Shown: positions 27,927-36,396 of the stretch, piece by piece | Layout: each line of letters opens with the position of its first letter | Position numbering within the stretch: position 1 is the stretch's first letter | Assembly: GCA_963702005.1 (NCBI GenBank) | Contig: OY969696.1 | Span: forward strand, 2,816,001-2,880,000 | Direction of reading: 5' to 3' | From: Candidatus Aminicenantes bacterium | GTDB taxonomy: Bacteria > Acidobacteriota > Aminicenantia > Aminicenantales > JAFGBC01 | DNA: 64,000 nucleotides | Translations under genes and position numbers: made by a program | Notes under the pieces: generated by a model | Told to the model about the DNA's origin: nothing | Seen by the model: the letters and a program-made list of their open reading frames with translations, nothing else | The model's database searches: none

Positions 27927-30032
27927 TCAGACCAGCCCGCCCAGGACATGGAGGACGTTCTGGGTCCAGAACAGGACCAGGCTCGTCATCCTCCACAGCC
28001 CGGTCCGGGACGGCTTGGCCTTGATGGAGTTGTTGGACAAGTTCGAATCCAGGAGCCAGCGAGTTTCGGGATCGATCCGGGCCGAAACGGCCTTGGCCGG
28101 CTTCTCGAACCGGAATTCCCGCCAGCGGGCCTGGCCGTCCCACGTCCGGGTTTCCCGGCTCCCGTCCTCGAAAACGACCTCGAGGGTCACCGGAAAATCC
28201 GGACCGACCTTGGCTTCCCCGAAGCGCTTGACCATGACCTCGGTCCGGAAGATCTTCGGAGCGTTCTTCTTTTGTTTTTTGAGCTCCTCGAGCTTCTTGG
28301 GCGTGACCTCGTCCTTCCGGCCATCCTTATCGAAGACGCCCAAATCGGCGACGGGCTTCTCCTCGGAGCGGAGGCGGCCCACCCCATAATCGAAGTCCAG
28401 CGTGTCATAGAGGAATTGCCCGAAGAACCAGCCCAAGTCGCGGCCCGACGTTTCCTGGGCGATCCGGATGAAATCCTGGGAATGGGGATGCCGGTAGCGA
28501 TAGGCCATTTGGAAGGCGCGCAGGACGCGGATCATGACGTCCTCGCCCAACAGGCGCTCCAGGGTGTTGAGCATGGTCGACGTCCTCTGGTAAACGTTGA
28601 GAGCGTAGCTGATCCGGCTGTAGAAAAGCCAGGACGGCGTCAGGATCGGGTCGATTTTGACGACGCCGAGCCCGGTCGCCCGATCCAATTCGTAGTCCAG
28701 GTAGGACGGAATTCTGAACAGCTTATCCAAGGGGATCCCCCTGAGGTTGAAGGGCATGACGCCGGCCCCATAGGCTTTGGCGAGGACTTTGCCCGTCGAA
28801 TAGGTGTTGATCCCCTCATCGAGCCAGGCTTCCTCGAATTCGTTGTTTCCGGCCAGGCCGTACCAGTAGCCGTGTCCGAATTCGTGGACGATGACGCCTT
28901 CGGGCGACCAAGCTTGGTCCGAGGTGATGGCTGACGTCCCGGCTGTGAACAAGGTCGGGTATTCCATGCCGCCGCTCCCGGTCCGGTAGGGCGGGTCGAC
29001 CATGGTGATGGTCTCGTAGGGGTACGGTCCGTACCAGAGTCCGTAGTACTTGAGGGCCGCCCTCAGGGCTTTGAAGTGCCTGTCGATTTGAGACTTATGC
29101 TGGGGGGCGATGAGCAGGATCATCTTGACGTCGGGAAGCTTCAGCTCAGCGGCGGGCAGGCCGAGCCGGCGGGAAAGATCCTCGTACTCGGCCGCCGTCA
29201 CTTCATCGGCGGCGATGAAGTCCCTCTCGACTTTGATGAAAGCCGGGTCGGCCGTCCAAGCGAAATCGTGGATGGCGGATTGCCGATAAGTATAGGTCGT
29301 CTTCTTCCCCTTCTCGTCGCGGGAGGCGGCCACCTGCTTCCCCGAGGCGCCGACGACGAAAGCCTCGGGGACCGTGATGTGGACGGCGAAATCGGCGTAG
29401 TCGGAGAAGAATTCGGAGTTTTCGTGGTAGGCGTGGCAGTTCCAGCCCTTCCCCTCTTCATAGACGCCCGGCTTGGGGAACCACTGGCCGATGAAGAAGC
29501 GGTCCTGGTAGTAGGCGGTCCGGGCGGCCCGGCGCGGAACCTTGGACTCGAATTCGATCTTGAGCCGGACCTCGCTGCCGGGGCCGACGGGCTCGGGAAG
29601 CGGGACGCGCAAGACCGTTCGATCGCCCTCGTAGTGAGCGCCGTCGGGCGAGATGAACTCCATGGCCGGTTTCAGGTCGCGGCCGTCGGCGAGCTCCATC
29701 CGGGCGATGTCGATCCAGCCCCATTCCCCTTCCTTGGGAAGAGGGCTGCGGGCGAAGGTCTCGCCCGCGGCGTCCCGGAAGAAGGCGCTCCGCTCGTTCA
29801 TGAAGGCGTTCCAATAAAGATGGAACCAGATGTCCTTGACCTCGTCGCGGGTCGTGTTCCGCCAGGTGATTTCCTCGCGGCCGTGGAGCATCTTCTGGGC
29901 GTTGTCCAGTTCGACCCAAATCTCATAACGGAGGGGCAGGACGGGGCCGGCCGCGTTCAAGGCCGGGAGGAAAAGCCCGGCCCAAACCAGGCTTGAGATC
30001 GCGAGAATTATCCCGGATAGGGTTTTGTTCAT
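27927..30032 (-). CDS. M1-family aminopeptidase (secreted, possible C-terminal anchor)
   Basis: GGMEYP and HEFGH...WLDEG zinc motif; signal peptide. Confidence 0.9.
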   Translation of the reverse strand: MNKTLSGIILAISSLVWAGLFLPALNAAGPVLPLRYEIWVELDNAQKMLHGREEITWRNTTRDEVKDIWFHLYWNAFMNERSAFFRDAAGETFARSPLPKEGEWGWIDIARMELADGRDLKPAMEFISPDGAHYEGDRTVLRVPLPEPVGPGSEVRLKIEFESKVPRRAARTAYYQDRFFIGQWFPKPGVYEEGKGWNCHAYHENSEFFSDYADFAVHITVPEAFVVGASGKQVAASRDEKGKKTTYTYRQSAIHDFAWTADPAFIKVERDFIAADEVTAAEYEDLSRRLGLPAAELKLPDVKMILLIAPQHKSQIDRHFKALRAALKYYGLWYGPYPYETITMVDPPYRTGSGGMEYPTLFTAGTSAITSDQAWSPEGVIVHEFGHGYWYGLAGNNEFEEAWLDEGINTYSTGKVLAKAYGAGVMPFNLRGIPLDKLFRIPSYLDYELDRATGLGVVKIDPILTPSWLFYSRISYALNVYQRTSTMLNTLERLLGEDVMIRVLRAFQMAYRYRHPHSQDFIRIAQETSGRDLGWFFGQFLYDTLDFDYGVGRLRSEEKPVADLGVFDKDGRKDEVTPKKLEELKKQKKNAPKIFRTEVMVKRFGEAKVGPDFPVTLEVVFEDGSRETRTWDGQARWREFRFEKPAKAVSARIDPETRWLLDSNLSNNSIKAKPSRTGLWRMTSLVLFWTQNVLHVLGGLV

Positions 30033-30043
30033 CTAATCCCTCC

Positions 30044-30517
30044 TCAACTTACTCCGCCGCTCCTGGAGAGGGCTTCCTCCCATTGGGCGCGACGGGGGAA
30101 GAACATGAATTCGAGGATAAGCGACACGAATAGAAGGATGTAGAAATCCCGGACGAGCCCGGTAACGAAAAAGAGGATGAGCCCCAGGAGGGTGGGAATC
30201 TCGGCCAGGACGTAGGTCAGGACCGAAACCCGCATCAGGCGCATGAGGATTTTAGCGGGTTCCTCCCCCGGCCTGCCCCGAAGCTGGCTCCCTCTTAAGA
30301 ACCGGATGAATATGATGAAGACGACGGCCAGCCCATAGATGAGGTAGCGCAAGGTCTGAACCTGCCCCAAGGGAATCTGGGAAAACCCATGGAACGGCTT
30401 CATCCGGGCGCGCAGGATCTCTACCAAGACTAAGTAGACAAGCAGGTTAGCGAGAATGGCGGCGCCGATGATGACCGTCCGTCGGAAAAGGAGTCTGGAT
30501 TCTTCGACGGGCTGCAC
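30044..30517 (-). CDS. Small membrane protein
   Basis: Four hydrophobic helices; GTG start with SD AAGGAGG. Confidence 0.7.
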   Translation of the reverse strand: MQPVEESRLLFRRTVIIGAAILANLLVYLVLVEILRARMKPFHGFSQIPLGQVQTLRYLIYGLAVVFIIFIRFLRGSQLRGRPGEEPAKILMRLMRVSVLTYVLAEIPTLLGLILFFVTGLVRDFYILLFVSLILEFMFFPRRAQWEEALSRSGGVS

Positions 30518-30704
30518 GGGTCCCTCCTTAGCGGAGATTGTACACGGGCCGATTATAAGCCAAGCGGAAGGGGATGTTCAACAAGAGAGGGGCCATGCCC
30601 GCTCGACCCATCGACGGCCTTCTCCATCCCATCGGCATCGCCTTTCGCTAGAAAACCAGCTCGGTCTCTCATGATGTTTCATTCCGTCTATGGATGCCTT
30701 TAAA

Positions 30705-30777
30705 TGGTCTGACCCAAACTCGGCTTGACAAGTGCTGTCAAGCGAAGTTCAATAATCTCATCTAAATCAAGGAGGGG
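30705..30777 (+). repeat. 73-bp direct repeat, copy 1 (end + promoter + RBS)
   Basis: TGGTCTGACCCAAACTCGGCTTGACAAGTGCTGTCAAGCG...AAGGAGGGG; 4 mismatches to copy 2. Confidence 0.95.
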
Positions 30778-30781
30778 TATC

Positions 30782-31441
30782 GTGATTATCGAACCACCGA
30801 ATTTGGCTTCAAGCCGCAGGGAATTCCTGCAGGGACTGTTTCCTGCAGGGGCCTCATTGTGTTACGACTGTGGCCTACTCTCGGCTTCGAGCAGGCTTCA
30901 GAACAATTCCCAGAACAAGCCTGCCAAACACAAATTTCTTGAGGACTCGGGCCTGACAATGAGAGAAGCCTTCAGGTTCGCATTCCTGTGGACTTACATC
31001 CCTATGATGCAGGCCCTAGCTGCTCAAATCGGACGAGAAAAGCTCGTCGCGATGGTAAAAGAGGCCACCGGTATTTACTGGGCTCAACAGGCAAGAGGCT
31101 TCGCCCAGCGGCTTCAAAAAAAGGATCGTGACGCTTTCTTCAGCATGGACACACTTGAAACAACCATCGACAACGCGGAACGCAGAAAACACTTCTGGTC
31201 ACTCGCCATCACCACTCAGAGTATCGAGGACACGCCAAAATCATACGAAATGAAGGTGACCGAATGTCTCTGGGCTCAGACGTTCCGGGAAGCGAACGCA
31301 GGGGATATCGGCTTTGCCAGCATCTGCTATGGGGATGAAGCGATGGCCGCCGCCTTTGACCAGCGACTCAAATTGATACGAATAAAAGCATTAATGAAAG
31401 GCGACGATTGCTGCCACTTCCGCTGGGTCTGGGAAGGATAG
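30782..31441 (+). CDS. L-2-amino-thiazoline-4-carboxylate hydrolase-like (V4R-like) protein with Tat-like leader
   Basis: VTECLWA, ICYGD and LMKGDDCCHFRW; SRREFL motif; GTG start after the repeat RBS. Confidence 0.75.
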   Translation: MIIEPPNLASSRREFLQGLFPAGASLCYDCGLLSASSRLQNNSQNKPAKHKFLEDSGLTMREAFRFAFLWTYIPMMQALAAQIGREKLVAMVKEATGIYWAQQARGFAQRLQKKDRDAFFSMDTLETTIDNAERRKHFWSLAITTQSIEDTPKSYEMKVTECLWAQTFREANAGDIGFASICYGDEAMAAAFDQRLKLIRIKALMKGDDCCHFRWVWEG

Positions 31442-31453
31442 ACTATCTTGATG

Positions 31454-31526
31454 TGGTCTGACCAAAACTCGGCTTGATAAGTGCTGTCAAGCGAAGCTCA
31501 ATAATCTCATCAAAATCAAGGAGGGG
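31454..31526 (+). repeat. 73-bp direct repeat, copy 2
   Basis: TGGTCTGACCAAAACTCGGCTTGATAAGTGCTGTCAAGCG...AAGGAGGGG. Confidence 0.95.
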
Positions 31527-31529
31527 AAA

Positions 31530-32012
31530 ATGAAGCGCATTGCTATTGCAGTCAGCGTTGTAGTCTTGGCCCTCGCCGTCGCCGTCCAGGCGCAAACCCT
31601 GGCACAGACAAAGAGCGGGGGCGTGGAACAAGAGCTGATTAAGCTGGAGAACGAGTGGGCTGACGCCTGGGTTAAGCGCGACGTCGCATTCTTTGACCGG
31701 ATTATAGCAGATGACTATACGTGGACGTCCCCCGAAGGCATCGTCTGGACCAAGGCCCAGGACCTTGCACTCGTAAAGTCTGGGAAGGACGTGATTACGT
31801 CCTGGGTTCTCGCTGAGATAAAGGTTCGCGTTTATGGAGACGCGGCGGTGGTCACTGGCCGCAGCACGGTCAAAGAAACGTATAAAGGCGAGGATGTCAG
31901 TGGTCAGTATCGATGGACGCATACCTGGGTCAAGCGTGCTGGACGTTGGCAGTGCGTGGCCGGGCATAGTTCGGAGACAGCCCAGAAACAGAGCATCGGC
32001 GAACGAGCATAA
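31530..32012 (+). CDS. Secreted NTF2-like/DUF4440 protein
   Basis: Signal peptide, LENEWADA, VRVYGDAAVVTG and WVKRAGRWQCVAGHSS. Confidence 0.85.
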   Translation: MKRIAIAVSVVVLALAVAVQAQTLAQTKSGGVEQELIKLENEWADAWVKRDVAFFDRIIADDYTWTSPEGIVWTKAQDLALVKSGKDVITSWVLAEIKVRVYGDAAVVTGRSTVKETYKGEDVSGQYRWTHTWVKRAGRWQCVAGHSSETAQKQSIGERA

Positions 32013-32110
32013 TTTGACACTCGCTGTCTGGTCAAGTATCGGTCATACCATTTTAAAGGACTGCCGAAAAGGATTAGAATGGTCCTTTGGAATCCGTGGA
32101 GGTCAAGGCC

Positions 32111-33466
32111 GTGAAAAAAATCGCCGCTTTCGTCGCCGCCCTCGTTTGTCTGGCCGCCTGGAGCCGTTCCGGCCAACAGCCGGCCGCCGAACAGGACGAA
32201 CTCATCGTCAAGGCCCGGGCCATGGTCGCCGCCCTCGTCCGTGACGACTTCGCGGCGGCCGTCAAGGACTTCGACGAGACCATGCTGAAGCTCTCGGGAT
32301 CCGACAAGCTCGCCGCGTTCTGGAAGGAAGTCCCGGTCCGGTTCGGCGAGTTCAAGCGGCAGACGGCGGCCCGGCGGGCCAAGGAAGAGCCTTACGACGT
32401 CGTCCTGGTCACCTGCGAGTTCGCCAAGGTCACCCTTGACGCCAAGGTCGTCTTTGACAAGGATAAACGGATCGCCGGCTTTTTCTTCGTCCCATCGCTC
32501 CCGCCGGCCGAATATAAGCCGCCCCTCTACGCCGACCCGAGCCTGTTCGAGGAGAAGGAGGCCACGGTGGGCGGGCCGGACTGGCCTTTGGCCGGCCTGC
32601 TGACCCTCCCCAAGGGCGACGGCCCCTTCCCCGCCCTCGTCCTCGTCCACGGCTCCGGCCCCAACGACCGGGACGAGACGATCGGCCCCAACAAGCCTTT
32701 TCGCGACTTGGCCTGGGGGTTGTCTTCGCGCGGGATCGCCGTTCTCCGCTTCGACAAGAGAACCAAGACCTATGGGGCCAAGCTCATCGCCGACCCCAAG
32801 CTCCTGGCGTCGCTCACGGTCCGGGAGGAGACGATCGACGATAGCCTGGCCGCCCTCGCCCTGTTGAGAGCGACGCCCAAGATCGCCAAGGACAAGGTCT
32901 TCATCCTCGGGCACAGCCTGGGCGGGATGCTCGTGCCGAGGATCGCGCTTTCGCCCGGAGCCGAGAGCGCCGCCGGGTTCATCATCATGGCCGGGCTGAC
33001 TCGCGCCCTCGAAGACACCTATGTCCAGCAGATGACCTATCTCTTCGGACTCGACGGCTCCCTCTCCGCCGACGACAAGACCAAGCTCGAGGACATCAAG
33101 CAGCAGGCGGCGCGGATCAAGGCCCTGACCGAAGCCGATGCCGGAAAAGACGAACGATTCCTTAACGCGGCACCCGCTTACTGGCTCGACCTGCGCGGCT
33201 ACATCCCGGCCGAAGTCGTCAAAAAGGTGTCAAAGCCCCTCCTCGTCCTCCAGGGAAGCCGCGATTATCAAGTGACGATTGAGGACTTCGAGAACTGGAA
33301 GAAGGCGCTGGCCGGGCGGAACGACGTCGAGTTCAAGCTCTACCCGAAGCTCAATCACCTTTTCATCGAGGGCAAGGGCATTCCGACCCCGGCCGAATAC
33401 ACCCAGCTGGCGGGGAGCATCGCCCTCTACGTCATCGAGGACATCGCCGCCTGGATCAAGCGCTGA
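32111..33466 (+). CDS. DUF3887-like domain + alpha/beta hydrolase (secreted)
   Basis: VHGSGPNDRDE, GHSLGG nucleophile, DYQV and LNHLF. Confidence 0.85.
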   Translation: MKKIAAFVAALVCLAAWSRSGQQPAAEQDELIVKARAMVAALVRDDFAAAVKDFDETMLKLSGSDKLAAFWKEVPVRFGEFKRQTAARRAKEEPYDVVLVTCEFAKVTLDAKVVFDKDKRIAGFFFVPSLPPAEYKPPLYADPSLFEEKEATVGGPDWPLAGLLTLPKGDGPFPALVLVHGSGPNDRDETIGPNKPFRDLAWGLSSRGIAVLRFDKRTKTYGAKLIADPKLLASLTVREETIDDSLAALALLRATPKIAKDKVFILGHSLGGMLVPRIALSPGAESAAGFIIMAGLTRALEDTYVQQMTYLFGLDGSLSADDKTKLEDIKQQAARIKALTEADAGKDERFLNAAPAYWLDLRGYIPAEVVKKVSKPLLVLQGSRDYQVTIEDFENWKKALAGRNDVEFKLYPKLNHLFIEGKGIPTPAEYTQLAGSIALYVIEDIAAWIKR

Positions 33467-33487
33467 TCCGTTCTTCGATCCGGCCGC

Positions 33488-34708
33488 TCAGCCCTTTTTC
33501 CGCAGATAGACGTCTTTGGTCACGCGGCGGACGAGGAAGGGCTTCATCCGCTCGATGAACTCCTTGGGCCAGTCCCTCATCCGGCTCGTGAGCATCATGT
33601 TGTTCACGGTCGAGACATCGGAGAACTTCTTCTCGGCGATCAGGAAGTCCCGAAGCCCCCGCCAACGGGCCTCGTCCTCGTTTTTGAACGGAGCGGCCAG
33701 CTCATCCTTGACGGCGACTTGAAGACGGTGCCCGGGCCCGTCGAGGACATGGACTTTCTCCCGATCGGCGAAAGCTAGGACGGCCTCCTTGACCTTTCCC
33801 TGCTCGACCTCGACCGCGGCGATCTGGTCCTGGAGCTCCTTCTTCCGCGTCTCGAGCTCCACGTACTTGGCGACCAGGACGACGCCCGGGTCCTTGAGGT
33901 AGGCGTTGGGCTCGAGCGACTCGACGGCCTTGGGATGTTTCCACTCCGGGCAGATGACCTGGTATCCGCACCATTCGCAGAGGGCGCTCCGGTTGGACGG
34001 GAAGTCGGCGCTGGATTCGATCTCCCGGATTCTCCGGACGAGTTCCCGCTCGAGCGACTCAAGCTCCGCGGCCGTCCTCGACGACTCGACCTGCTTGTTG
34101 AACAGGAGATAATGCCAGACGAGCCTGGCCTTCTGCTTGGCTTCGGGCCAGCGGGTGGCGATGGCGATCTGGTAGACGGGGAGCTGGATGTCCGCGTCGG
34201 CCTCCTCCTGGGTCAGCAGGCTCCCCGAGGTCTTATAATCGTGGATCTCGAAGATCTTGTCCCGGTCGTTCCAGTCGAGCCGGTCCAGGACGCCGCCGAA
34301 CTGGAATTCCTCGTCCCCGTCCTTGAGGCTGAAGGCGATCATCTCCTCGGTGCTGACGACCTTGGCCCTGTCGAACGGGCGGTGCTCGTCATAGTAATCC
34401 GACAGGCAGGCCTTCCCTTTTTTCCGGTAATCCTCGGCGGCCAGGTCCTTCTTGACGACCTTGACCGCGCCGCTGAAGTTCTTCTCCCAGATCTCGTCGT
34501 AGAGGGACAGCAGCCAATCCTTGGATTCGACCCTGCGGTTCTTGACCCGATCGTAGAGTTCCTTGAGGGATTCATGAACGCGCGAACCCATGAAGGCCTC
34601 GATCGTCTCCATCTCCGAGGGGAGCCGGTCGATGTAGCGATACTTGTACTGGAGCCGGCATTGGCCGAAGGCACCGATGCGGCTCACCGAATATTTGGCC
34701 GCCATCAT
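33488..34708 (-). CDS. RecB/Cas4-like PD-(D/E)XK nuclease with Fe-S-type cysteines
   Basis: SVSRIGAFGQC, GSRVHE, LDRLD...IHDYKT, QLPVY and CEWCGYQVIC; C-terminal coiled coil. Confidence 0.82.
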   Translation of the reverse strand: MMAAKYSVSRIGAFGQCRLQYKYRYIDRLPSEMETIEAFMGSRVHESLKELYDRVKNRRVESKDWLLSLYDEIWEKNFSGAVKVVKKDLAAEDYRKKGKACLSDYYDEHRPFDRAKVVSTEEMIAFSLKDGDEEFQFGGVLDRLDWNDRDKIFEIHDYKTSGSLLTQEEADADIQLPVYQIAIATRWPEAKQKARLVWHYLLFNKQVESSRTAAELESLERELVRRIREIESSADFPSNRSALCEWCGYQVICPEWKHPKAVESLEPNAYLKDPGVVLVAKYVELETRKKELQDQIAAVEVEQGKVKEAVLAFADREKVHVLDGPGHRLQVAVKDELAAPFKNEDEARWRGLRDFLIAEKKFSDVSTVNNMMLTSRMRDWPKEFIERMKPFLVRRVTKDVYLRKKG

Positions 34709-34732
34709 CGTCTCCTTTCCGCTCCCATCGTT

Positions 34733-35905
34733 TCAGTCGACATGGAGCAGGAATCCTTTGAGATATTCGCTCTCCGGATGGTAAATGTTGACAGGATGGT
34801 CGGGGGCCATCCGATGCTTCTGGAGGATCTTGACCGTCCGGTCCGCCTCGCGCGCGGCCTGGAACAGGACCTGGCGGAAGAGCGCCTCATCCACGAAATG
34901 GGAGCAGGAAAAAGTCAGGAGGAGCCCACCGGGCGGGAGGGCGAGCATGGCCAGACGGTTGATATCCTTGTAGCCGCGGCAGGCCGGGATGACGTCGCTC
35001 TTCTTTTTGGCGAAGGCGGGCGGGTCGAGGATGATGAAATCGTAGTCCAGGTTCTTGCGCCTCAGGAAGGCAAAAACGTCGGCTGCCTCGAATCGGGCCC
35101 GGGACTCGTCCAGCCCGTTGAGGCGGAGGTTCCGCCGGCCGAGCCCGAGGGCCGGCTCCGAAGTATCGACGGCGTCGACCCGGAGAGCGCCCCCCTTGAG
35201 CGCGTAAACGGAAAAGGCGCCCGTGTAGGCGAACGCGTTCAGGACCCGGCGGCCCGGGCTGAACCGAGCGACCAGCCGACGCATCTCGCGCTGGTCGAGG
35301 AAAAAACCCGTTTTCTGGGATCCCTCGATCGCGACCAGGAAGCGGAGTCCGTTTTCGGCGACCTCGACCGGACCGTCCAGCTCGCCCTGAAGCGGCCCTT
35401 CGAAATCGTCGAGCCCCTCCTCGCGGCGCGAGGGCAGGCTCGATTTCTCATAGATGACGCGCGGCTTGAGAAGCCCCCTCAGGATTCCGAGAACGAGAGG
35501 CTTGAGTTTCTCCATGCCCAGGGTCGCGACTTGGAGGACGCAGACGTCGGCGTATTTGTCGACGACCAGCCCCGGCAGGCCGTCCCCTTCGCCGTGGACG
35601 ACGCGGAAAGCGTTCGTGTCCTCGCCGAAAAGCATCCCGCGCAGGGCCCAAGCCCGCTCGATCGTCCGACGGACGGCTTCGTGGGGCGGTTCGGCGCCGA
35701 AGCTGACCATCCGGGCCAGGATCGAGCACTTCGTGTTGATATAGGCGTGCCCCAGAAGCTCGCCTTCGGCGCTCCGCACGGCCAGCAAGCTTCCTTCTTC
35801 AATGCCCGATGGAAGGTGCTTGGCGGCGCCGGAAAAAATCCAATGATGCCGGTTCCGGACGGCTTTGTCTTTGCCTTTATGGAGGACGAGGGCCGATTCG
35901 GTCAT
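34733..35905 (-). CDS. rlmI: RlmI-like SAM-dependent rRNA methyltransferase
   Basis: HHWIFSG PUA domain, GEGDGLPGL, QKTGFFLDQR, LDPPAF and FSCS; ATGA overlap with the upstream NUDIX gene. Confidence 0.85.
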   Translation of the reverse strand: MTESALVLHKGKDKAVRNRHHWIFSGAAKHLPSGIEEGSLLAVRSAEGELLGHAYINTKCSILARMVSFGAEPPHEAVRRTIERAWALRGMLFGEDTNAFRVVHGEGDGLPGLVVDKYADVCVLQVATLGMEKLKPLVLGILRGLLKPRVIYEKSSLPSRREEGLDDFEGPLQGELDGPVEVAENGLRFLVAIEGSQKTGFFLDQREMRRLVARFSPGRRVLNAFAYTGAFSVYALKGGALRVDAVDTSEPALGLGRRNLRLNGLDESRARFEAADVFAFLRRKNLDYDFIILDPPAFAKKKSDVIPACRGYKDINRLAMLALPPGGLLLTFSCSHFVDEALFRQVLFQAAREADRTVKILQKHRMAPDHPVNIYHPESEYLKGFLLHVD

Positions 35906-36288
35906 GAGGACGGCCCCAGAAGCCGGGAGACGATTTCGCGATCGGCCTCCGCGAGGTCGAATCGCCACAGATCCCCGGGCCGGACCCAGCGGATCTCATC
36001 ATGGGAACGAAGCTTGAATTCGCCCGTCCGGTGCTCGACTTCGAAGGCGAGAAGTTCGAAGGGGCCCTCTCGAAAAACGCCCCGGCCGGTGGCGGCCAGC
36101 GGCCCCACCCGGACTTCGATATCGAACTCTTCTCTAAGCTCCCGCTCCAGGCATGTCTCCGGCGTTTCGCCCGGTTCGACCTTTCCCCCCGGGAATTCCC
36201 AGAGGCCCGCGCTCGAGATCCCGGCCTTCCGGCGAGCGATCAAGATCATCCCGTTTCTTCTGAAGAGGGCCGCCGTGACCTGCATCAT
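35902..36288 (-). CDS. NUDIX hydrolase, MutT/NudG-like
   Basis: WEFPGGKVEPGETPETCLERELREEF Nudix box, found at the C-terminal end of track ORF 35902..38208. Confidence 0.88.
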   Translation of the reverse strand: MMQVTAALFRRNGMILIARRKAGISSAGLWEFPGGKVEPGETPETCLERELREEFDIEVRVGPLAATGRGVFREGPFELLAFEVEHRTGEFKLRSHDEIRWVRPGDLWRFDLAEADREIVSRLLGPSS

Positions 36289-36360
36289 AAGAGGCTCCCG
36301 GATCAGGATTATAAGACAAGGCCGTCTAAAAGGACACTTTTTTTCGCGGGCCGTCCGTCG

Positions 36361-36389
36361 TTGACTTCCCGACCGCATCACCCTATTAT
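36361..36389 (+). promoter_or_regulatory. sigma70 promoter, probably giving a leaderless kinase mRNA
   Basis: TTGACT-17 bp-TATTAT with the ATG at 36397 and no SD. Confidence 0.6.
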
Positions 36390-36396
36390 TATCGGC

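Larger units (their letters stand above)
30705..32050 (+). mobile_element. Non-autonomous cargo cassette with IS3-like (TG...CA) ends
   Basis: 37-bp imperfect inverted repeats at 30705-30741 and 32014-32050, a second left-end copy at 31454, lower GC than the flanks, and no transposase. Confidence 0.6.

Noticed and set aside
33488-34708. CRISPR-Cas system suggested by the Cas4-like nuclease
   Set aside because: No repeat-spacer array or other cas genes were seen in the window.
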